NCBI GenBank assembly: GCA_964608765.1
Contig: CAZSPD010000001.1
Coordinates: 147,223-211,222 of the forward strand
Reading direction: 5' to 3'
Length of the DNA: 64,000 nucleotides
Source: Candidatus Woesearchaeota archaeon
GTDB lineage: Archaea > Nanobdellota > Nanobdellia > Pacearchaeales > GW2011-AR1
In this document: positions 61,916 to 64,000 of the stretch, piece by piece
How positions within the stretch are numbered: position 1 is the first letter of the stretch
How the letters are laid out: each line of letters starts with the position of its first letter
Made by a program: the position numbers and the translations under genes
Notes under the pieces: generated by a model
What the model saw: only the letters and a program-made list of their open reading frames with translations
The model's database searches: none
Told to the model about the DNA's origin: nothing

Positions 61916-63163
61916 ATGAAAAAGAGGGTTTCAAAAAAAAGAAGGGTAAAAATAAAAGATTCTAAAGCAATGTCTAATGTTATTGCAACTTTACTAATTA
62001 TTTTACTAGCTATTGTTTTAGTTATTATAATGTGGATAATAATAAAAGATTTAGTTGCTAAAGACACAGAAATTGCAGAGATTAAAACAGAATTTTTTGG
62101 TGAGAACATTCGTATAACTGCTTTAAAATTTGATGAAGATATTGTAAAAATATCTTTGCAAAAGATAGGAAGGAGAGACAATCCTAAAACAACTTTATGG
62201 AGTTCAGGAGAAATTAGTGGGAGTCTAGGTGTGGATATAATTTCAGTAGTTGATTTATCTGGGAGTATGATTTCTTGTAATAGCATTTCTGAACAATGTT
62301 GCAATGATGTTTTAGGAGCTACTAGTTATTCTTCAAGGAACTGCTATGGTTTGTCTGAAAATCATAAAGAGGATTGTGTTAATATTTGCAACGGTGTATG
62401 GGTGAACAGATTAACCCCTACAAAAGATTCTAACAGAGAGATACTTACAATTATTAATGAAATAGAAGATAGTAGAGTAGGAATTGTTGCTTACAATGCA
62501 GGAATTATTAGCTCTTCTGGAACAGGCTTAACATCTAATACTGATATATTAAATAGTGTAATTGATTCTTGGGAAGTTGGAGGAAATACTTGTATTTGTT
62601 GTGGAATTAATGAAGCACTAAGGATTTTAGAGGAACAATCTCCAGAAAATAAGCTTAAAAAAATAATTGTTATGAGTGATGGACAAGCAAACACAAGATG
62701 CCAAGAGCAAGGAACAGGAGACCCTTCACAAGATGCAATACGTTCTTCATGCGGCGCATATTCTACACTATCTAATTTAACTATTTACTCTGTTGGAGCA
62801 GGAGATAATGTAAATGAGAACACACTCAGGGAAATCGCAAACTGCGGAAAAGGTGTTTATTTTCCTGCACTAGATATTTCAGGACTAATAGAAGCATATA
62901 GAAACGTTATTGGAGAAATAAAAACAAACTACATTACATCATATAGTAGATTAGATTACATTTATATTGTATTTAAAAATGAGACTTCTTCTCACATTGA
63001 GAAAATTGCTAATATCCCTAGGAATTTAGTAATAAGAACATACTCTTTTGATTTAACTGATAAATTAGAAGGTAAAGTAGTAAGAATAGAAATTTATCCA
63101 GTTATTTTACTAAAATCAGGGAAAGAAGAAATAGGGCCTTTATTTGATTTCTGGGATGCTTAA
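61916..63163 (+). CDS. Second pilin-N plus vWA fusion protein (tandem paralogue)
   Basis: 415 aa. KAMSNVIATLLIILLAIVLVIIMWII, VVDLSGSM, GNTCICCG and VMSDGQAN. The C-terminus YPVILLKSGKEEIGPLFD is identical to the upstream paralogue. Confidence 0.75.
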   Translation: MKKRVSKKRRVKIKDSKAMSNVIATLLIILLAIVLVIIMWIIIKDLVAKDTEIAEIKTEFFGENIRITALKFDEDIVKISLQKIGRRDNPKTTLWSSGEISGSLGVDIISVVDLSGSMISCNSISEQCCNDVLGATSYSSRNCYGLSENHKEDCVNICNGVWVNRLTPTKDSNREILTIINEIEDSRVGIVAYNAGIISSSGTGLTSNTDILNSVIDSWEVGGNTCICCGINEALRILEEQSPENKLKKIIVMSDGQANTRCQEQGTGDPSQDAIRSSCGAYSTLSNLTIYSVGAGDNVNENTLREIANCGKGVYFPALDISGLIEAYRNVIGEIKTNYITSYSRLDYIYIVFKNETSSHIEKIANIPRNLVIRTYSFDLTDKLEGKVVRIEIYPVILLKSGKEEIGPLFDFWDA

Positions 63164-63194
63164 TTAAATTAAAATATATTATCATAGAGTAAAA

Positions 63195-63353
63195 TCCCTC
63201 CACCAAGATTCGAACTTGGGATCTTCCGGGTACTGCTTTTTATTTACAGATTCCTTCAGGAATGGCTTATCGTGCTTCATCCTAATCCAAAATGGAATGT
63301 CTGCACTAGACATAATCTACAGCCAGACGCTCTAACCACTGAGCTATGGAGGG
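63195..63353 (-). tRNA. tRNA-Tyr(GUA) with an intron of about 86 nt in the anticodon loop
   Basis: Hand-folded. C1:G72 acceptor CCCTCCA/TGGAGGG (archaeal Tyr identity pair). D arm GCTC-AGTGGTTA-GAGC. Anticodon stem TCTGG/CCGGA with CTGTAG. T arm CCAAG-TTCGAAT-CTTGG. Discriminator A followed by TTTT. Confidence 0.8.
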
Positions 63354-63527
63354 ATTATTGGTTTTGTTTTTCCCACTCTCTCTGCGGTTTACCATTAGAT
63401 GTTTAGTTCTAGGTTTTAACCACTGAGCTATGGAGGGATTATTGGTTTTGTTTTTCCCACTCTCTCTGCGGTTTACCATTAGATGTTTAGTTCTAGGTTT
63501 TAACCACTGAGCTATGGAGGGATTATT
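63333..63527 (-). repeat. Perfect 84-bp tandem repeat (2.3 copies) duplicating tRNA-Tyr nt 1-21 plus upstream sequence
   Basis: Identical units at 63334-63417 and 63418-63501, with a partial unit at 63502-63527. Each carries AATAAT + CCCTCCATAGCTCAGTGGTTA on the minus strand. Confidence 0.95.
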
Positions 63528-63546
63528 AAAATAAGTGGTGTAATTC

Positions 63547-63556
63547 TTTTTTAAAA
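63547..63556 (-). promoter_or_regulatory. TATA-like box upstream of the first (truncated) tRNA-Tyr 5' copy
   Basis: Minus-strand TTTTAAAAAA ends 26 nt upstream of the C1-equivalent (63521) of the distal partial copy. No comparable box precedes the real gene. Confidence 0.4.
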
Positions 63557-63737
63557 CTTTGTCTTTAGAATATATTATATCCTCTACAAAATAGAAGAGT
63601 TTAAAAACTTCATGATACATAAAAAAACATAAAATGAGGTCAAAAATAATTGATGAATTAGACTTCTTCGAAGAGGAAGATTTAGACCAGGTTATCGATG
63701 ATTTAGGTCTTGATGACTAATTTTACTCACATTTCTT

Positions 63738-64000
63738 TTATTTTTTTATTTCAAAAGAGATAGCATTATTTTTCGTTTCAAGCTCATCAAAGTTACCATC
63801 TATTATAAGTTCAATGCCTTTTACATCTATTCTATTGATTAATATTCTTTCAAGGTAAACCCTCCTTCCATACCCTATTTCAATAGGGGGGATTTCTATT
63901 TGTTTTACTTCTTTTCCATCTGCAATTATTCTTACTACACTTTCACCTGATTTTTTCAATCCATTATTTCTTATACTAAAATTAGCATCAAGATATCTTC
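63738..64000 (-). CDS. Hypothetical protein, C-terminal part (ORF continues past the window end)
   Basis: The frame stays open upstream of the TTG listed at 63959 (…RYLDANFSIRNNGLKKSGES…). No motif recognised. Confidence 0.4.
   Translation of the reverse strand, partial: RYLDANFSIRNNGLKKSGESVVRIIADGKEVKQIEIPPIEIGYGRRVYLERILINRIDVKGIELIIDGNFDELETKNNAISFEIKK

Noticed and set aside
61897-62304. 135-aa minus-strand ORF, along with many other 60-130-aa antisense ORFs in the track (for example 1011-1205, 8471-8800, 29916-30248, 42904-43299, 55346-55708)
   Set aside because: All lie fully inside longer, motif-supported genes on the opposite strand and have low-complexity, Leu/Phe/Ser-rich shadow-ORF composition.
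63306-63620. 104-aa minus-strand ORF with a repeated peptide (NNPSIAQWLKPRTKHLMVNRRESGKNKT, two full copies followed by a partial NNPSIAQWL)
   Set aside because: It is simply the translation of the 84-bp tRNA-Tyr 5' tandem repeat and of the tRNA itself. It has no independent coding support.
63634-63720. 28-codon acidic ORF MRSKIIDELDFFEEEDLDQVIDDLGLDD between the tRNA-Tyr promoter and the last gene
   Set aside because: It is too short to support without conservation or expression data, and I recognise no family motif.

Overview
This is an AT-rich, very gene-dense archaeal chromosome segment. I infer a small-genome DPANN-type archaeon from four observations. (1) The informational genes are archaeal: the exosome superoperon Pop5-psmA-SBDS-rrp4-rrp41-rrp42, RNase J, aCPSF1, Mre11-Rad50, psmB, Kae1, a class I CCA enzyme, RtcB, MetRS and L7Ae-S28e-L24e. 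(2) Both tRNAs carry introns, and tRNA-Tyr has the archaeal C1:G72 pair. (3) TATA boxes sit about 25 nt before many ATGs. (4) There are class III (archaeal pilin) signal peptides and several large Cys-rich surface proteins.

About half of the window is ordinary core metabolism and information processing.

The most interesting locus is a three-gene cassette on the minus strand at 21946-24753. It encodes a 68-aa peptide with 8 Cys in 23 residues, a radical SAM/SPASM enzyme fused to a HAD phosphatase-fold domain, and an overlapping APH-type kinase. It looks like an undescribed archaeal RiPP-type peptide-modification system. It appears to be inserted into an otherwise conserved archaeal triad of GTPase, DUF2073 and Zn-ribbon genes.

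Other notable items:
- Perfect tandem duplications of gene 5' ends, 68 bp x2 before mre11 (creating two uORFs) and 84 bp x2 before tRNA-Tyr (creating decoy 5' tRNA fragments between promoter and gene).
- An 86-nt structured intron in tRNA-Tyr.
- Two tandem pilin-vWA fusion genes.
- A 1194-aa Cys-rich repeat surface protein with paralogous modules in two other genes.
- A secreted PKD plus transglutaminase-like protein.
- An HExxxH-nucleotidyltransferase fusion heading a three-gene operon.
- An AbiE-like module with an in-frame stop next to tRNA-Arg.
- An HTH-MNT/HEPN pair with a palindromic operator.
- A membrane protein translationally coupled inside the 2-oxoacid:ferredoxin oxidoreductase operon.

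All family calls rest on motifs read by eye. No database search was run.
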